DNA of 64,000 bases from Pseudobdellovibrionaceae bacterium (GCA_030591685.1 JAUVAX010000010.1:1-64000), one strand, 5' to 3'. Positions 1 to 10,658 are shown, numbered from the stretch's first letter. Program-made: numbers and translations. The notes: a model not told the origin generated them from the sequence alone.

Positions 1-196
1 GTAGCAATAAACCCAACCCAAAATCATCAACCCCGGCATTGTTAGAAATACAAGTAAACCCTGATTTACCCGTTTTTTTTAAGGCTGATATAAGGGTCTC
101 AGGTATGCCACAAAGGCCAAAACCACCCACTAAAATAGTCATGTTATCTTTAATGCCCTTTAGGGCCTCGTCAGCGTTAGTAAAAACTTTGCTCAT
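1..196 (-). CDS. scoA: 3-oxoacid CoA-transferase subunit A (5' part, runs off window start)
   Basis: Manual translation from ATG at 196: MSKVFTNADEALKGIKDNMTILVGGFGLCGIPE...ISNNAGVDDFGLGLLL. ATGA overlap with the thiolase stop. Not in the ORF track. Confidence 0.9.
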   Translation of the reverse strand, partial: MSKVFTNADEALKGIKDNMTILVGGFGLCGIPETLISALKKTGKSGFTCISNNAGVDDFGLGLLL

Positions 197-1377
197 AAAG
201 CCCCCCTTTTTACAACAACAGCTACAGCCTCGCCGCCGCCGATACAAAGGCTTGCACAGCCATATTTTTTATTTTGTGTTTCTAAGGCATGTACAAGTGT
301 TGTTAAAATCCGAGCCCCGCTGGCCCCAATAGGGTGACCTATCGCGACTGAGCCGCCAAAAACATTCACCTTGTCTTTAGGGATTTCTAAATCTTTAATG
401 GCCGCCATTGTAACAGCGCTAAAGGCCTCATTGATCTCCCAGAGGTCAATGTCAGAAACATTCAATTGAGCTGAGCTTAAAGCTTTTTTCATAGCGCTCA
501 CAGGGGCCGTAGTAAACCACTTAGGGTCTTGGGCAAAAGTAGCGTCTGAAATAATCTCTACAAGCGGGGTGAGGTTATGTTTTTTTAAAGCCTCTTCGCT
601 GACCACCATTAAAGCCGCCGCCCCGTCGTTTAAGGTGCTGGCATTGGCCGCCGTAATACTGCCTTGCTTGTCAAAAGCGGGCCTAAGAGAGCTGATTTTT
701 TCAAATTTAACTTTAAACGGCTCTTCGTCCTCTGTGATCGTTGTGGTTGATTTTCTTGTTGAGATTTCAACAGGGGTGATTTCGTTTTTAAAAACCCCAT
801 CAGCGATCGATTTTTGAGCTTGGCTGTAGCTGTTAGCCGCAAACTCGTCTTGCTCTTCGCGGGTAAATTTATATTCACTTACGCATGCTTCAGCGGCACT
901 GCCCATATGAAAGTTATTATAAGGGTCCCAAAGCCCATCGTGAACCATGCTATCAAGAGAGTTAATCGGCCCTAGCCTGTACCCTGTTCGAGAGCCCATA
1001 AGTAAGTGAGGGGACGCGCTCATGTTTTCTTGACCGCCAGCAATAACCACTTGTGCTTTACCTAACTTGATAGAGTCACTGGCTAGCATAACGGCCTTAA
1101 GCCCCGAACCACACACTTTATTAATCGTCATGCACGGTACGCTTGTTGGCAGCCCGGCTGCGAGGGCCGCCTGGCGAGCAGGGGCTTGACCAACACCGGC
1201 AGTGAGTACGTTGCCCATAATGCATTCATCTACATTGTCAGCGGGCAACCCGGTTTCAGTAAGGAGTGATTTTATAACCTGAGCCCCCAGTTGAGGGGCG
1301 GGGAGGGTTGAAAGACCCCCTAGAAAGCTCCCTATAGGAGTTCTTTTTGCGCTGACTATAAAAACTCGCTGACTCAT
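193..1377 (-). CDS. atoB: Acetyl-CoA C-acetyltransferase (thiolase)
   Basis: NKVCGSG, EINEAF, GHPIGASG and CIGGG thiolase motifs. Confidence 0.95.
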   Translation of the reverse strand: MSQRVFIVSAKRTPIGSFLGGLSTLPAPQLGAQVIKSLLTETGLPADNVDECIMGNVLTAGVGQAPARQAALAAGLPTSVPCMTINKVCGSGLKAVMLASDSIKLGKAQVVIAGGQENMSASPHLLMGSRTGYRLGPINSLDSMVHDGLWDPYNNFHMGSAAEACVSEYKFTREEQDEFAANSYSQAQKSIADGVFKNEITPVEISTRKSTTTITEDEEPFKVKFEKISSLRPAFDKQGSITAANASTLNDGAAALMVVSEEALKKHNLTPLVEIISDATFAQDPKWFTTAPVSAMKKALSSAQLNVSDIDLWEINEAFSAVTMAAIKDLEIPKDKVNVFGGSVAIGHPIGASGARILTTLVHALETQNKKYGCASLCIGGGEAVAVVVKRGAL

Positions 1378-1815
1378 AACCTCTCCTTAATATTTACTAT
1401 TGGTGTACCTAAAAATTATTACTCAAACCTATACATGAAATTATTATAAGGGTCTATTGTTGTCGAAGTATTGAGATACATTTTTACGCCCTTGAAAGTT
1501 TACAAAGTAAGCCCTTAAACCTATTTATTGTGAGGCCTAGAGTTATTACCAATGCACGTCATTTTTAATTGGTCGTTTTTAGAGTTATAATGCCTAAATG
1601 TCGTGCTTTAAAAAAAATATTATTTTGTACTAAAAGCCTTTTTGTGAGTAATTGCTCGGGCTCAATTAAACTTTTAAAAAGGCTAAAAAGTTAATGAGCG
1701 AAATCAAGAGAAGAGGCTTAATGAGGCAACGCAACGCGATAACTCCTATGCCCTCTCCCATTAAGACCATACATATGCAATGCTTTTCTTTTAAGCTTAA
1801 GTTTGGAGATTAAAA

Positions 1816-2826
1816 ATGAAATTTTACATGATCACAGTAGTAATGCTCGTTCTTTTTTCGATTGTTTCTCGTGCAGAAATTATAAAGGTAAAGGCCGCGA
1901 CAGTTAAAGAAATTAATATTACGGGTCTTAAAGGTGGTGTGATCTTAGTGGCCAAAGAGGGTGCCGAGTTTATACAAGTTAAATACAAAAAAAAATCAGA
2001 CACAGCCACAGCCTCTGAAGTGGGGTTTAATGAGTGGAGCCTTCAAAAAAATATCAAAGACGGAGTGTTCAGTTTAAATGTTGTAAACAACCTCTCTAAA
2101 CTTGAATGGAAGGATCAGCTGCATAAAAACGTTTGGCCCAGTTACCAAATCACTATTACGGGCCCCTCTAAAAAACTTCAATTGTTTTGGCGAGAAGGGG
2201 TGGTCTCGATAACGGGCTGGACAAGCCCTGTTGAGTTTCAAACGGTTTCAGCAAAGGTTAAGGCGCATAATAATAATTCAGATATAAAAATATCTAATCA
2301 AGATGGCAAAATTTGGGTCTCTAACCACAAAGGTGGTGTTGAAATTGAGACGTACTCAGCAGATGTTAATTTGCAGTCCATTGTGGGCCCCGTAAAGGTG
2401 TATAATTTTTCAGGGCAAAATATAATTAAAAATACAGATGGAGCGATTCATTTAGAGCTGCAGTCGGGGCGAGTAAAAATAGAGGACTCTATAGGTAAGA
2501 TCGATTTTAAAAACAAAAGGGCGACTATACATCTTAAAAAATTCAAGGGCCGCATTCGAGGTAAATCTGGCAGCGGTGACATATTAGCTGAGCTCATTGG
2601 CGAGGCCGACTTCAGAGTGCGAGCTAAAGAGGGCAAGGTGAGAGTGCGTGCCCTGTCTTCGGGGGCATTTGTGAGTGTGGGCAGCAATGAAGGAGACCTA
2701 CTTATGCCTAAGTACATGAAGATGACACGCCACACCAGTGTTAAGGTTATAAATGGTCATTTGCGAGGGCCACAAAAGGGCCGAATTTATGTGCGCACTC
2801 AATCGGGATCTATTAGTGTGAGATAG
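1816..2826 (+). CDS. Secreted beta-strand repeat protein (DUF4097/adhesin-like)
   Basis: Signal peptide; repeated G-x-I/V-x-I beta motifs ending RTQSGSISVR; GGAG RBS. Confidence 0.65.
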   Translation: MKFYMITVVMLVLFSIVSRAEIIKVKAATVKEINITGLKGGVILVAKEGAEFIQVKYKKKSDTATASEVGFNEWSLQKNIKDGVFSLNVVNNLSKLEWKDQLHKNVWPSYQITITGPSKKLQLFWREGVVSITGWTSPVEFQTVSAKVKAHNNNSDIKISNQDGKIWVSNHKGGVEIETYSADVNLQSIVGPVKVYNFSGQNIIKNTDGAIHLELQSGRVKIEDSIGKIDFKNKRATIHLKKFKGRIRGKSGSGDILAELIGEADFRVRAKEGKVRVRALSSGAFVSVGSNEGDLLMPKYMKMTRHTSVKVINGHLRGPQKGRIYVRTQSGSISVR

Positions 2827-2881
2827 TTTGATTTTGATTTATGAGGTTGACGAACGCTAAGAAATAGCTCAATTTGTTGCC

Positions 2882-3730
2882 ATGGCAAAGAAAAAAGCAA
2901 AGAAAAAAACAATGAAAAAGAAGAGCACGGCTAAAAAAGTGACTAAAAAAAAGGTCGCTAAAAAAGCAGTGAAAAAAAAGCTCACCAAAAAAACGGCTAA
3001 AAAGGCTGCGAAAAAGGTGACTAAAAAAAAGGTCGTTAAAAAGGCTGCGAAAAAGGTGACCAAAAAGAAGGTCGCTAAAAAAGTAGCTAAAAAAGTGACC
3101 AAAAAGAAGGTCGTTAAAAAAGCAGCTAAAAAGGTGACTAAAAAGAAGGTCGTTAAAAAAGCAGCTATAAAAAAGATCGCAAAAAAAGCTACAAAAAAAC
3201 AAGCCCCTAAAAAGGTGGCTAAAAAAGCAACTCCGTTAAAAACTAAAAAAACAAAATCAGACACTTCAAAGCCAACTAAGGCCAGCTCTGCGGATATGAG
3301 TTTAGAGGAGCTAACTGATTTATCAGCCTCTTCAGACGACGTTGAGGTTGTTTTAACAGACGCCGAGGGGCGCAGGTATTGCCGCGTGCACGACTGTGAC
3401 CAAGCCGCGATGGTTGAGACCTATTGCCGTTATCATTATTTAGTATATTGGAAGCGCATTCAAATGCGTAAAAAAATCCTGTCAGAAGGTAAGCTTGAAA
3501 ATTATATCGAAGAGATGATCTCCAGGTACCCTGATAAGTACTTAGACGTACTCAGAAAGGATCTGGCTTCGGAGAAAGACTTTTTAAGTGTTGTTCATGA
3601 GCTGAACCTCGATGAGACCCAAGAGGTCAACACCGAAGAGTACGAAGAAGAGGCTCAGAGATATAATGATGAGATGCAGGGCGTGGCCTCAAACTCTGGC
3701 AAAGAGAATTCTAAAGATGACGAGTATTAA
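2882..3730 (+). CDS. Histone H1-like Lys/Ala-rich protein with C-terminal Cys/His (putative Zn-binding) domain and acidic tail
   Basis: About 125-aa K/A/V/T repeat region; CRVHDC-x9-CRYH motif; D/E-rich C-terminus. Confidence 0.8.
   Translation: MAKKKAKKKTMKKKSTAKKVTKKKVAKKAVKKKLTKKTAKKAAKKVTKKKVVKKAAKKVTKKKVAKKVAKKVTKKKVVKKAAKKVTKKKVVKKAAIKKIAKKATKKQAPKKVAKKATPLKTKKTKSDTSKPTKASSADMSLEELTDLSASSDDVEVVLTDAEGRRYCRVHDCDQAAMVETYCRYHYLVYWKRIQMRKKILSEGKLENYIEEMISRYPDKYLDVLRKDLASEKDFLSVVHELNLDETQEVNTEEYEEEAQRYNDEMQGVASNSGKENSKDDEY
2933..3166 (+). repeat. Coding tandem repeat, about 6 x 39 bp (13-aa unit KKVTKKKVVKKAA)
   Basis: Visible unit aaaaaggtgactaaaaaaaaggtcgttaaaaaggctgcg with variants. Confidence 0.85.
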
Positions 3731-3749
3731 TTGCTTGAAGCATTAGTAT

Positions 3750-3867
3750 TTAACTCTCGCCGCGAGCGAGAGTTAATTGCTGACACCTCAGGGGTTTAGA
3801 CCTGAGTACCTACGGCAAAATAACTTGAGCGGATCAATAGGGCCCTAATTTTTTTAATAATTAGGGC
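3750..3867. terminator. Cluster of three hairpins between convergent genes (likely terminators)
   Basis: TTAACTCTCGC/GCGAGAGTTAA (3750-3776), CTCAGG/CCTGAG (3787-3806), GCCCTAATT/AATTAGGGC (3842-3867). Confidence 0.6.
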
Positions 3868-3892
3868 ACAGACTGTAAATATATTTAAATAA

Positions 3893-4420
3893 TTAGTGTT
3901 TTGTTTCGTCATCATCTTCGCTGATGCCGATCATACTTTTAGCAGCGGCTATTTCTTCATCAAGGTCCTCGCCCTGTACTAATGAGCCCGAACCGCCTTC
4001 GCCGAGTAGTTTATCGGCATCTGCCTCTAAAGCAGAGTTAACAGTGCTGAACTGTACATGGACTTGCTTTTTATCTACTTTAAAGGGCATCCATTGCCGT
4101 GGGGGCTCTTCTTTTTTTTTCGAAAAAAAGTTCTCTATCATAGAACCCGCACAGTCAAAGGCTAGATTTAAAATATTTTGTACCTTTTCAGTTTTATAGT
4201 CGTACTCAATAGAGACTTCAGCGTTTGTCTGCACCAAGCGGCCGTTTTCTAAGTACCCAATGCGGATTAAAACTTCGCTGGAGTAGATTTGGCCCTCAAT
4301 AAAAAATTTACCAATTTTTGATTTTTGAACAAAGTTCTCTTTCAAGACCTCTAAGACTTGCTCACAGAGTTCTTCGGGCACTGAGGTCCATTTTTTTGAT
4401 TCCTTTAAGCGTGGCTTCAT
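3893..4420 (-). CDS. Hypothetical protein
   Basis: Open frame; start placed at MKPRLKE with GGAG RBS; acidic C-terminus. Confidence 0.75.
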   Translation of the reverse strand: MKPRLKESKKWTSVPEELCEQVLEVLKENFVQKSKIGKFFIEGQIYSSEVLIRIGYLENGRLVQTNAEVSIEYDYKTEKVQNILNLAFDCAGSMIENFFSKKKEEPPRQWMPFKVDKKQVHVQFSTVNSALEADADKLLGEGGSGSLVQGEDLDEEIAAAKSMIGISEDDDETKH

Positions 4421-4707
4421 GGGGGTCTCCAAATAGTTAAAAAATAAGCGCGTATTGTTGCAACTGTTTGAAATGACGTCAAGTGACCCTGGCATTAGCT
4501 TTTAGGGGCCTGTCAGCTAATACAGAGAGCTTTTGGACCATAATTCGGCCCTCAGGGGGCGCTTGAAACAAGCCCAGTAACCACCCGTAATTCCATGATT
4601 ATTTGTACAATTTGGGCTTTTATAGCTAGCAAAAGTTGACCTTTATGGAACGCTGGATTATAAGTGTTTTCACAAATTAAAAATTTAAGATTAATTTTGA
4701 GGAGTTT

Positions 4708-6057
4708 ATGCCGTCAACTGACCAAATGGCACCTAAAATAGTAGAAAAAAGTGGTGTGTATATTTCAACTTACGGCTGTCAGATGAATGTTAATGACAGT
4801 GAGCGGATGTATACCCTTCTTGAAATGTCTAACTATGTGCCCGTAACATCTGCTGACCAGGCCTCGTTAATAATTATTAACTCCTGTAGTGTGCGTGAAA
4901 AACCGGTTCATAAGGTGCACTCCGAGGTGGGGCGGTACAGAAAACTAAAAGAAAAAAACCCCAGTTTAAAAATTGGAGTGGCTGGCTGTGTCGCTCAACA
5001 AGAAAAGAAAAAGCTCCTTAAAGACGTCCCTTTGGTTGATTTTGTAATAGGGACGGACTCAATAGACGAGCTCCCTCAAATTATTGCTAAAATAAAGTCT
5101 GAAAACAAAAAATCGGTAGATGCTAAATTTAAACACCAACAGCCCTACCAAATAGAAACCTTAATAAGAAACCCTGGGGTTTCAACTTTTATTAACATCA
5201 CTAAGGGGTGTGATAATTTTTGTACCTTTTGTGTGGTCCCCTTTACCAGGGGGCGAGAGCGATCACGACCTTATAAACAAATCGTTGAAGATGTTAATAA
5301 GTTAATCAGTCGCGGAGTAAAAGAAGTTTATTTTTTAGGGCAAAACGTAAACTCTTACACCTCAGATTGCGGGGTTAACTTTGCTCAACTGTTAAAGGGC
5401 ATCGCCCTTGAAACTGACATTGAACGCATCCGTTATACTACAAGCCACCCTAAAGATTTTAATCAAGAGCTTATTGATATAAGCCAAGAGTATCGAGAAA
5501 AAATCTGTGAGTATATTCATTTACCTGTTCAATCGGGTAGCACCAGTGTACTTGAGCGTATGAACCGTGTTTATACAAGAGAGGGGTATCTAAAAAAAGT
5601 AAAAATGATTTTAGACACCATCCCAGGGGTTGCCCTTTCGACTGATATCATTGTTGGGTTCCCCGGAGAGACAGACGAGGACTTTGAACAAACACTCACT
5701 TTACTTGAAGAGGTCCCCTTTGAAACCCTCTATGCTTATAAATACTCCCCTCGCCCTTTTACAAAAGCAGCACGATATACCGATCAAGTCCCCGAAGAGA
5801 TAAAATCTGAGAGGCTCACACGACTTTTTAAAATACATAAAGCTATAGCGGCTCAGTTAGCTAAAAAGTACTTAGGTCAAACTCTAAGGGTATTGGTTGA
5901 GCAAAGTAATGGCGAGAGGTCCTTTGGGCGATCTCAACACAATAAAGTTGTTCATTTTAAAACCACAAATAATTTAGTGGGGCAAACAGTAGACGTTAAA
6001 ATCCATACGGCCTTTCCGGCCACTCTTCGTGGTGAGTTAGTGGGTGCCCATGAGTGA
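4708..6057 (+). CDS. miaB: tRNA-2-methylthio-N6-dimethylallyladenosine synthase
   Basis: TYGCQMN, CDNFCTFC radical SAM motif, C-terminal TRAM domain. Confidence 0.97.
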   Translation: MPSTDQMAPKIVEKSGVYISTYGCQMNVNDSERMYTLLEMSNYVPVTSADQASLIIINSCSVREKPVHKVHSEVGRYRKLKEKNPSLKIGVAGCVAQQEKKKLLKDVPLVDFVIGTDSIDELPQIIAKIKSENKKSVDAKFKHQQPYQIETLIRNPGVSTFINITKGCDNFCTFCVVPFTRGRERSRPYKQIVEDVNKLISRGVKEVYFLGQNVNSYTSDCGVNFAQLLKGIALETDIERIRYTTSHPKDFNQELIDISQEYREKICEYIHLPVQSGSTSVLERMNRVYTREGYLKKVKMILDTIPGVALSTDIIVGFPGETDEDFEQTLTLLEEVPFETLYAYKYSPRPFTKAARYTDQVPEEIKSERLTRLFKIHKAIAAQLAKKYLGQTLRVLVEQSNGERSFGRSQHNKVVHFKTTNNLVGQTVDVKIHTAFPATLRGELVGAHE

Positions 6058-6562
6058 TAAACTAAAAATTAAAACAAGCAGTAGTGACGAGTGGATAGAG
6101 CTCTTCCCGTATAACTTAGCCCTAGGCCTTAATGAACTGCGCCCTATTATGATTTTTAAAGATAAATCAGAGTCTTTTGTCTTGCCCGTAAATGTGGGGA
6201 TGATGGATGCTAACCTTTTAGCGGAGGGGTGCTTTCAGCCCACATTAAATACGCCTCACGTCATTGCCTTAGAGGTTTTTAAAAAATTAGATATTACTTT
6301 AAAAAAATGTTTATTTAAAGATGTCGTCGGCCATCGTCAAATTGTAGATTTGTATTTTGAGGGTTTAGATACTTTAAAAACTCTCGAGTTTAAGGCCGAG
6401 ATGGTCATGAGTTTTTGTTTGCAATCAAATGTTAAGTTTTATTCAAACATTGCGACCATTAAAAAAAGTCAACTAATGACCTCTGAGCTAGAGAACAAAA
6501 CTCAATCGATGGATCAGTTTTCAGGGCCAAACACCCCAACAACAGTGCCGTACTTAAATTAA
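6050..6562 (+). CDS. Divergent DUF151/bifunctional nuclease family protein
   Basis: PIMIFKD...VLPVNVG N-terminal pattern; position directly after miaB. Confidence 0.55.
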   Translation: MSDKLKIKTSSSDEWIELFPYNLALGLNELRPIMIFKDKSESFVLPVNVGMMDANLLAEGCFQPTLNTPHVIALEVFKKLDITLKKCLFKDVVGHRQIVDLYFEGLDTLKTLEFKAEMVMSFCLQSNVKFYSNIATIKKSQLMTSELENKTQSMDQFSGPNTPTTVPYLN

Positions 6563-6572
6563 GGTATAAAAA

Positions 6573-7085
6573 ATGATTATTGAAATTTCAGGCGATAAAA
6601 AACCAACCATCGAACAAAATGTTTTCATAGCCAGTAGTGCTGATATTATTGGGGATGTGAGCATTGGTGAAAACTCGTCAGTTTGGTACCAAGTTGTTTT
6701 AAGGGGTGACGTGATGCCCATTAAAATTGGCAAAAAGACTAATATTCAAGACCAAGTTTGTATACATGGGACTTATAAAAAAGCCGCCGCTGTTATTGGT
6801 GACAATGTCACTGTGGGGCATAGGGCTGTACTGCATGGCTGTACAATTGAAAACAACTGCCTCATTGGTATGGGCGCTATTGTTATGGACAATGCCCATA
6901 TACCTCATGACTGCATTGTTGGGGCAGGGGCCGTTGTGCTGGGTGGGGCAAAGTTTGAGCCTTACTCACTTATTATCGGTAGCCCCGCTAAAGTAAAAAG
7001 AAAGCTCACTAAAGATGAAATCAGCTTTCTTGTACAATCAGCAGATAATTATGTGTTTTACCAGAGTTGGTATAAAAACCTTTAA
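6573..7085 (+). CDS. Gamma-class carbonic anhydrase family protein
   Basis: VLRGD, NIQD, IHG and GHRAVLHG hexapeptide-repeat motifs. Confidence 0.92.
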   Translation: MIIEISGDKKPTIEQNVFIASSADIIGDVSIGENSSVWYQVVLRGDVMPIKIGKKTNIQDQVCIHGTYKKAAAVIGDNVTVGHRAVLHGCTIENNCLIGMGAIVMDNAHIPHDCIVGAGAVVLGGAKFEPYSLIIGSPAKVKRKLTKDEISFLVQSADNYVFYQSWYKNL

Positions 7086-7110
7086 CTTTTTTTAAAAAAA
7101 GAGGCCTCGA

Positions 7111-8565
7111 ATGACTGAGTTTAGAAAAGCATTAACCTATGATGATATTTTATTAATCCCCAAGTACTCAGAGGTCATACCTTCTCAGGTGAGTTGTCGA
7201 AGTTTTTTTGCGAGAGATTTGTTTTTAAATGCTCCCATTGTATCGGCAGCGATGGACACGGTGACGGAGCATAAGGTGGCTCAAATTATGGCCCAAATGG
7301 GCGGCTTAGGTATTATTCATAAAAACATGTCTATTAAGTCACATGCTTTTCAGGTGGAGAGAGTCAAAAAATACGAAAGCGGCATGATTACAGAGCCCAT
7401 TACCCTACACCCTGACAATAAGGTCAGTGATGCTTTAGAGTTAATGTCAAAATACAGAATTAGTGGTGTGCCAATTGTTATTGAAAATAAACTTGTAGGC
7501 ATATTAACAAATAGAGATTTAAGGTTTGAAACCAATCTGACTCAGCCGATTTCTAATATAATGACTAAAGAGGGCCTTGTGACGGCCCCTATAGGTACTG
7601 ACTTAGAGCAGGCTAAAATAATTTTACAAAAACATCGCATTGAAAAGCTCCCTGTTGTTGATTCAGCGGGGGCATTAAAGGGCTTGATTACAATTAAAGA
7701 CATTGAAAAGGCAAAGGCCTTCCCTCAGGCCACTAAAGACGCTAAGGGGCGGCTACTTGTTGGGGCCGCTATAGGTATTGATCAACAGAGTCGCGAGAGG
7801 GCTGATGCGCTCATATCCTCAGGGGTGGATGTATTAACAATTGATACCGCTCACGGGCACTCTAAAAATGTTATTGAACAAATTAAATATATCCACTCAC
7901 ATCACCCTGATGTCATCATTGTTGCCGGTAACGTTGTTACAGGTGAGGCCACACAAGATTTAATGAAAGCAGGGGCCGATGTGGTCAAAGTCGGTGTTGG
8001 GCCTGGTAGCATATGCACCACACGGATTGTTGCCGGCGTAGGGATGCCCCAGATTTCGGCTGTGATGGAGTGCTCAAAGGTCGCCCAAAAATTAGGTAAA
8101 ACAATTATCGCCGACGGTGGCATTAAATACTCAGGGGATATAACTAAGGCTTTAGCATTAGGGGCCAATACTGTAATGATAGGCTCTGTATTAGCAGGGT
8201 GTGATGAAAGCCCTGGTGAAACGGTTTTATATCAAGGTCGTACTTATAAAGTTTATCGTGGCATGGGGAGCCTAGGTGCTATGGAGCAAGGCTCTAAAGA
8301 CCGTTACGGGCAGTATGATGTTGCGGATAATAGCAAACTCGTCCCCGAGGGGATTGAGGGTAAAGTACCCTACAAAGGGTCAAGCTCTGGTATTATACAC
8401 CAGCTCACTGGTGGAGTTAAATCAGGGATGGGGTACTTAGGGGCCGTTGATATTGAGGAACTTCAAGAAAAGGCAGAGTTCGTGCAAATCACCCATCAAG
8501 GGCTCACAGAGTCTCATGTGCATGATGTGACAATTACTAAAGAGGCGCCCAATTACCGGCTGTAA
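7111..8565 (+). CDS. guaB: IMP dehydrogenase
   Basis: GPGSICTTR active site, CBS pair, YRGMGS. Confidence 0.98.
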   Translation: MTEFRKALTYDDILLIPKYSEVIPSQVSCRSFFARDLFLNAPIVSAAMDTVTEHKVAQIMAQMGGLGIIHKNMSIKSHAFQVERVKKYESGMITEPITLHPDNKVSDALELMSKYRISGVPIVIENKLVGILTNRDLRFETNLTQPISNIMTKEGLVTAPIGTDLEQAKIILQKHRIEKLPVVDSAGALKGLITIKDIEKAKAFPQATKDAKGRLLVGAAIGIDQQSRERADALISSGVDVLTIDTAHGHSKNVIEQIKYIHSHHPDVIIVAGNVVTGEATQDLMKAGADVVKVGVGPGSICTTRIVAGVGMPQISAVMECSKVAQKLGKTIIADGGIKYSGDITKALALGANTVMIGSVLAGCDESPGETVLYQGRTYKVYRGMGSLGAMEQGSKDRYGQYDVADNSKLVPEGIEGKVPYKGSSSGIIHQLTGGVKSGMGYLGAVDIEELQEKAEFVQITHQGLTESHVHDVTITKEAPNYRL

Positions 8566-8581
8566 AGGATAGAGAGTAAAA

Positions 8582-10123
8582 GTGGAAAATAAAATATTAA
8601 TTTTAGACTTTGGCTCACAGTTTACCCAACTCATCGCAAGACGTTTGCGAGAGTTTCATGTGTACTGTGAAATTCACCCTTTTAATTACCCCCTAGAGAA
8701 AATAAAACAGTTTAACCCCAAGGGTATTATACTTAGCGGGGGGCCGTTTTCAGTTTACGATAAGGGGGCACCGCTCAGAGAGGTGAAGCCGCTCTCTCAA
8801 ATAGCCCCTCTTTTAGGGGTTTGTTACGGGATGCAGTTAATTATTAAAGAGTTTGGTGGCCTTGTTGAGAGCTCCGGTAAAAGAGAGTACGGCGAGAGCG
8901 TTATACAGTGGGAAGCCCCCTTAGTGGAGCACATTAGTAAAACCCAAACCGTATGGATGAGTCATGGGGATGTAGTTAAAGCCCCCCCTGAGGGGTTTGA
9001 AATTTTAGCCCATTCAGAAAACAATCACCCTGCCGTTATGAAGTCAAAAAACGTATGGTGTTACCAGTTTCACCCAGAGGTTTCGCACACCGAAAACGGG
9101 GGGGACCTTATAAAGGCTTTCGCTTTTGGGCTCTGTGGTGTAAAGCCCTCATGGTCTATGAAGAGCATCAAAGATGAGCTCATAGCTGAAATACAAAACT
9201 CTGTGGCCGAGGGTGAAAGTGTACTCTGTGCCCTGAGTGGCGGAGTGGACTCGACCGTTGTAGGCACCCTGCTCACTCAAGCATTAGGCCATGAAAGAGT
9301 GCACTGTGTGTTTGTCGACAATGGATTATTGAGAAAAGATGAGTTTGAAAGAGTCATAAAACTTTATAGTCAATTAGGTCTAAATGTTGATGGGGTTGAT
9401 GCTCGTCAAAAGTTTATGACTGAGCTTAAGGGGCTGACAGACCCTGAACAAAAGCGTAAAACCATTGGGCGAGTTTTTATTGAAGTTTTTAAAGAATCTA
9501 TAGATAAAATAACCACCACAGGTGGTGAAAAAATAAAATGGCTAGCCCAGGGTACACTTTATCCGGACCGAATAGAGAGTGTGAGCGTTTATGGTAAGAG
9601 CTCTACCATAAAATCACACCATAATGTTGGTGGCCTGCCAAAGGACCTAAATTTAAGCTTAGTTGAGCCGCTAAAGAACCTATTTAAAGACGAGGTGCGA
9701 GAGCTTGGCAAGGCCTTAGGTATACCCCATAATGCCCTCTGGAGGCACCCCTTCCCCGGCCCCGGCTTAGCCATTCGGTGTATTGGCGAGGTGAATGAAG
9801 AGGACTTAAACACTCTCAGAGAGGTCGACAGTGTTTTTATCAATGAGCTCGTTAAGCACAATTTATACGACTCTATTTGGCAGGCATTTTGTGTTCTATT
9901 GCCCGTTCAAACAGTCGGCGTACAGGGGGATCAAAGAACCTACGATAAAGTCGTTGCCCTAAGAGCGGTCACAAGTAAAGACGGCATGACAGCTGACTGG
10001 TTTGACTTTCCTTATGAGTTTTTAAAATCTGTGTCTAACAAAATAACTAATGAGGTTCGAGGGGTAAACCGTGTGGTTTATGATATTACTAGCAAACCAC
10101 CCGGCACCATAGAGTGGGAGTAG
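8582..10123 (+). CDS. guaA: GMP synthase (glutamine-hydrolysing)
   Basis: DFGSQ, GVCYGMQ, SGGVDS, KPPGTIEWE. Confidence 0.98.
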   Translation: MENKILILDFGSQFTQLIARRLREFHVYCEIHPFNYPLEKIKQFNPKGIILSGGPFSVYDKGAPLREVKPLSQIAPLLGVCYGMQLIIKEFGGLVESSGKREYGESVIQWEAPLVEHISKTQTVWMSHGDVVKAPPEGFEILAHSENNHPAVMKSKNVWCYQFHPEVSHTENGGDLIKAFAFGLCGVKPSWSMKSIKDELIAEIQNSVAEGESVLCALSGGVDSTVVGTLLTQALGHERVHCVFVDNGLLRKDEFERVIKLYSQLGLNVDGVDARQKFMTELKGLTDPEQKRKTIGRVFIEVFKESIDKITTTGGEKIKWLAQGTLYPDRIESVSVYGKSSTIKSHHNVGGLPKDLNLSLVEPLKNLFKDEVRELGKALGIPHNALWRHPFPGPGLAIRCIGEVNEEDLNTLREVDSVFINELVKHNLYDSIWQAFCVLLPVQTVGVQGDQRTYDKVVALRAVTSKDGMTADWFDFPYEFLKSVSNKITNEVRGVNRVVYDITSKPPGTIEWE

Positions 10124-10127
10124 ATTT

Positions 10128-10568
10128 TTACTTTTTCGTGCTTTCGACATAATCATTAATAGAGCGTGCAACGCCCTCGACTAAGTCCCCTTTTCTGAAC
10201 TTTATGGGGGTGAGCTCGTTTTTTTCAGCACATGTTTTAAAGTGCATTCTGATTCGGTAAAGCGGGCCTGCAAATTTATGAGAAAATATAATACCTAAAA
10301 TACACGAAAAAATAACTATAATCGCCGCTAATAAATAAAAAGTTTTAATTAAAATAATTTCCTGATTTTGTAGTATTTCAAAATACTGTGGAGCAAGGGC
10401 AGGGGGGAGTTGTTGGCCCCCTTTATGTAAAGTTTCAAATAAATTATTTAACTGAAGCTTTTGTGCAAATCCAAAAATAGTTAAAAAGATAAGTGATAAA
10501 GCCGCCGAAAAGGCCACCATCTGAAACTGAAGGTGAGGTTCAATTAAAAATTTAATACGGATCTTCAT
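10128..10568 (-). CDS. Two-TM membrane protein with HAMP-like C-terminus
   Basis: Start at MKIRIKFLIEP (GAGG RBS); two hydrophobic helices; SHKFAGPLYRI motif. The ORF-track extension into the tRNA is spurious. Confidence 0.7.
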   Translation of the reverse strand: MKIRIKFLIEPHLQFQMVAFSAALSLIFLTIFGFAQKLQLNNLFETLHKGGQQLPPALAPQYFEILQNQEIILIKTFYLLAAIIVIFSCILGIIFSHKFAGPLYRIRMHFKTCAEKNELTPIKFRKGDLVEGVARSINDYVESTKK

Positions 10569-10626
10569 TTGTAGCCTCATTTTTAAGGGAGTTATAAATC
10601 TAAATTCTAACCGAGAAATCCTTAAA

Positions 10627-10658
10627 AGAAAAACCCCGACTAGACCTTGCAGGGGTTT
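10627..10658 (-). terminator. Intrinsic terminator downstream of tRNA-Arg
   Basis: Minus strand AAACCCC...GGGGTTTTTCTT. Confidence 0.5.

Noticed and set aside
39..817. Short ORFs overlapping thiolase and scoA (and similar nested ORFs throughout the track)
   Set aside because: Antisense or alternate-frame shadows of well-supported genes
1694..1813. 39-aa small ORF upstream of the DUF4097-like gene
   Set aside because: No RBS or recognisable motif; unsupported
2933..3166. Periodic repeats as a CRISPR array
   Set aside because: Repeats are contiguous, in-frame and coding, with no unique spacers and no cas genes
2813..3264. Phe-rich minus-strand ORFs (2813-3202, 2869-3264)
   Set aside because: Antisense shadows of the Lys-rich repeat
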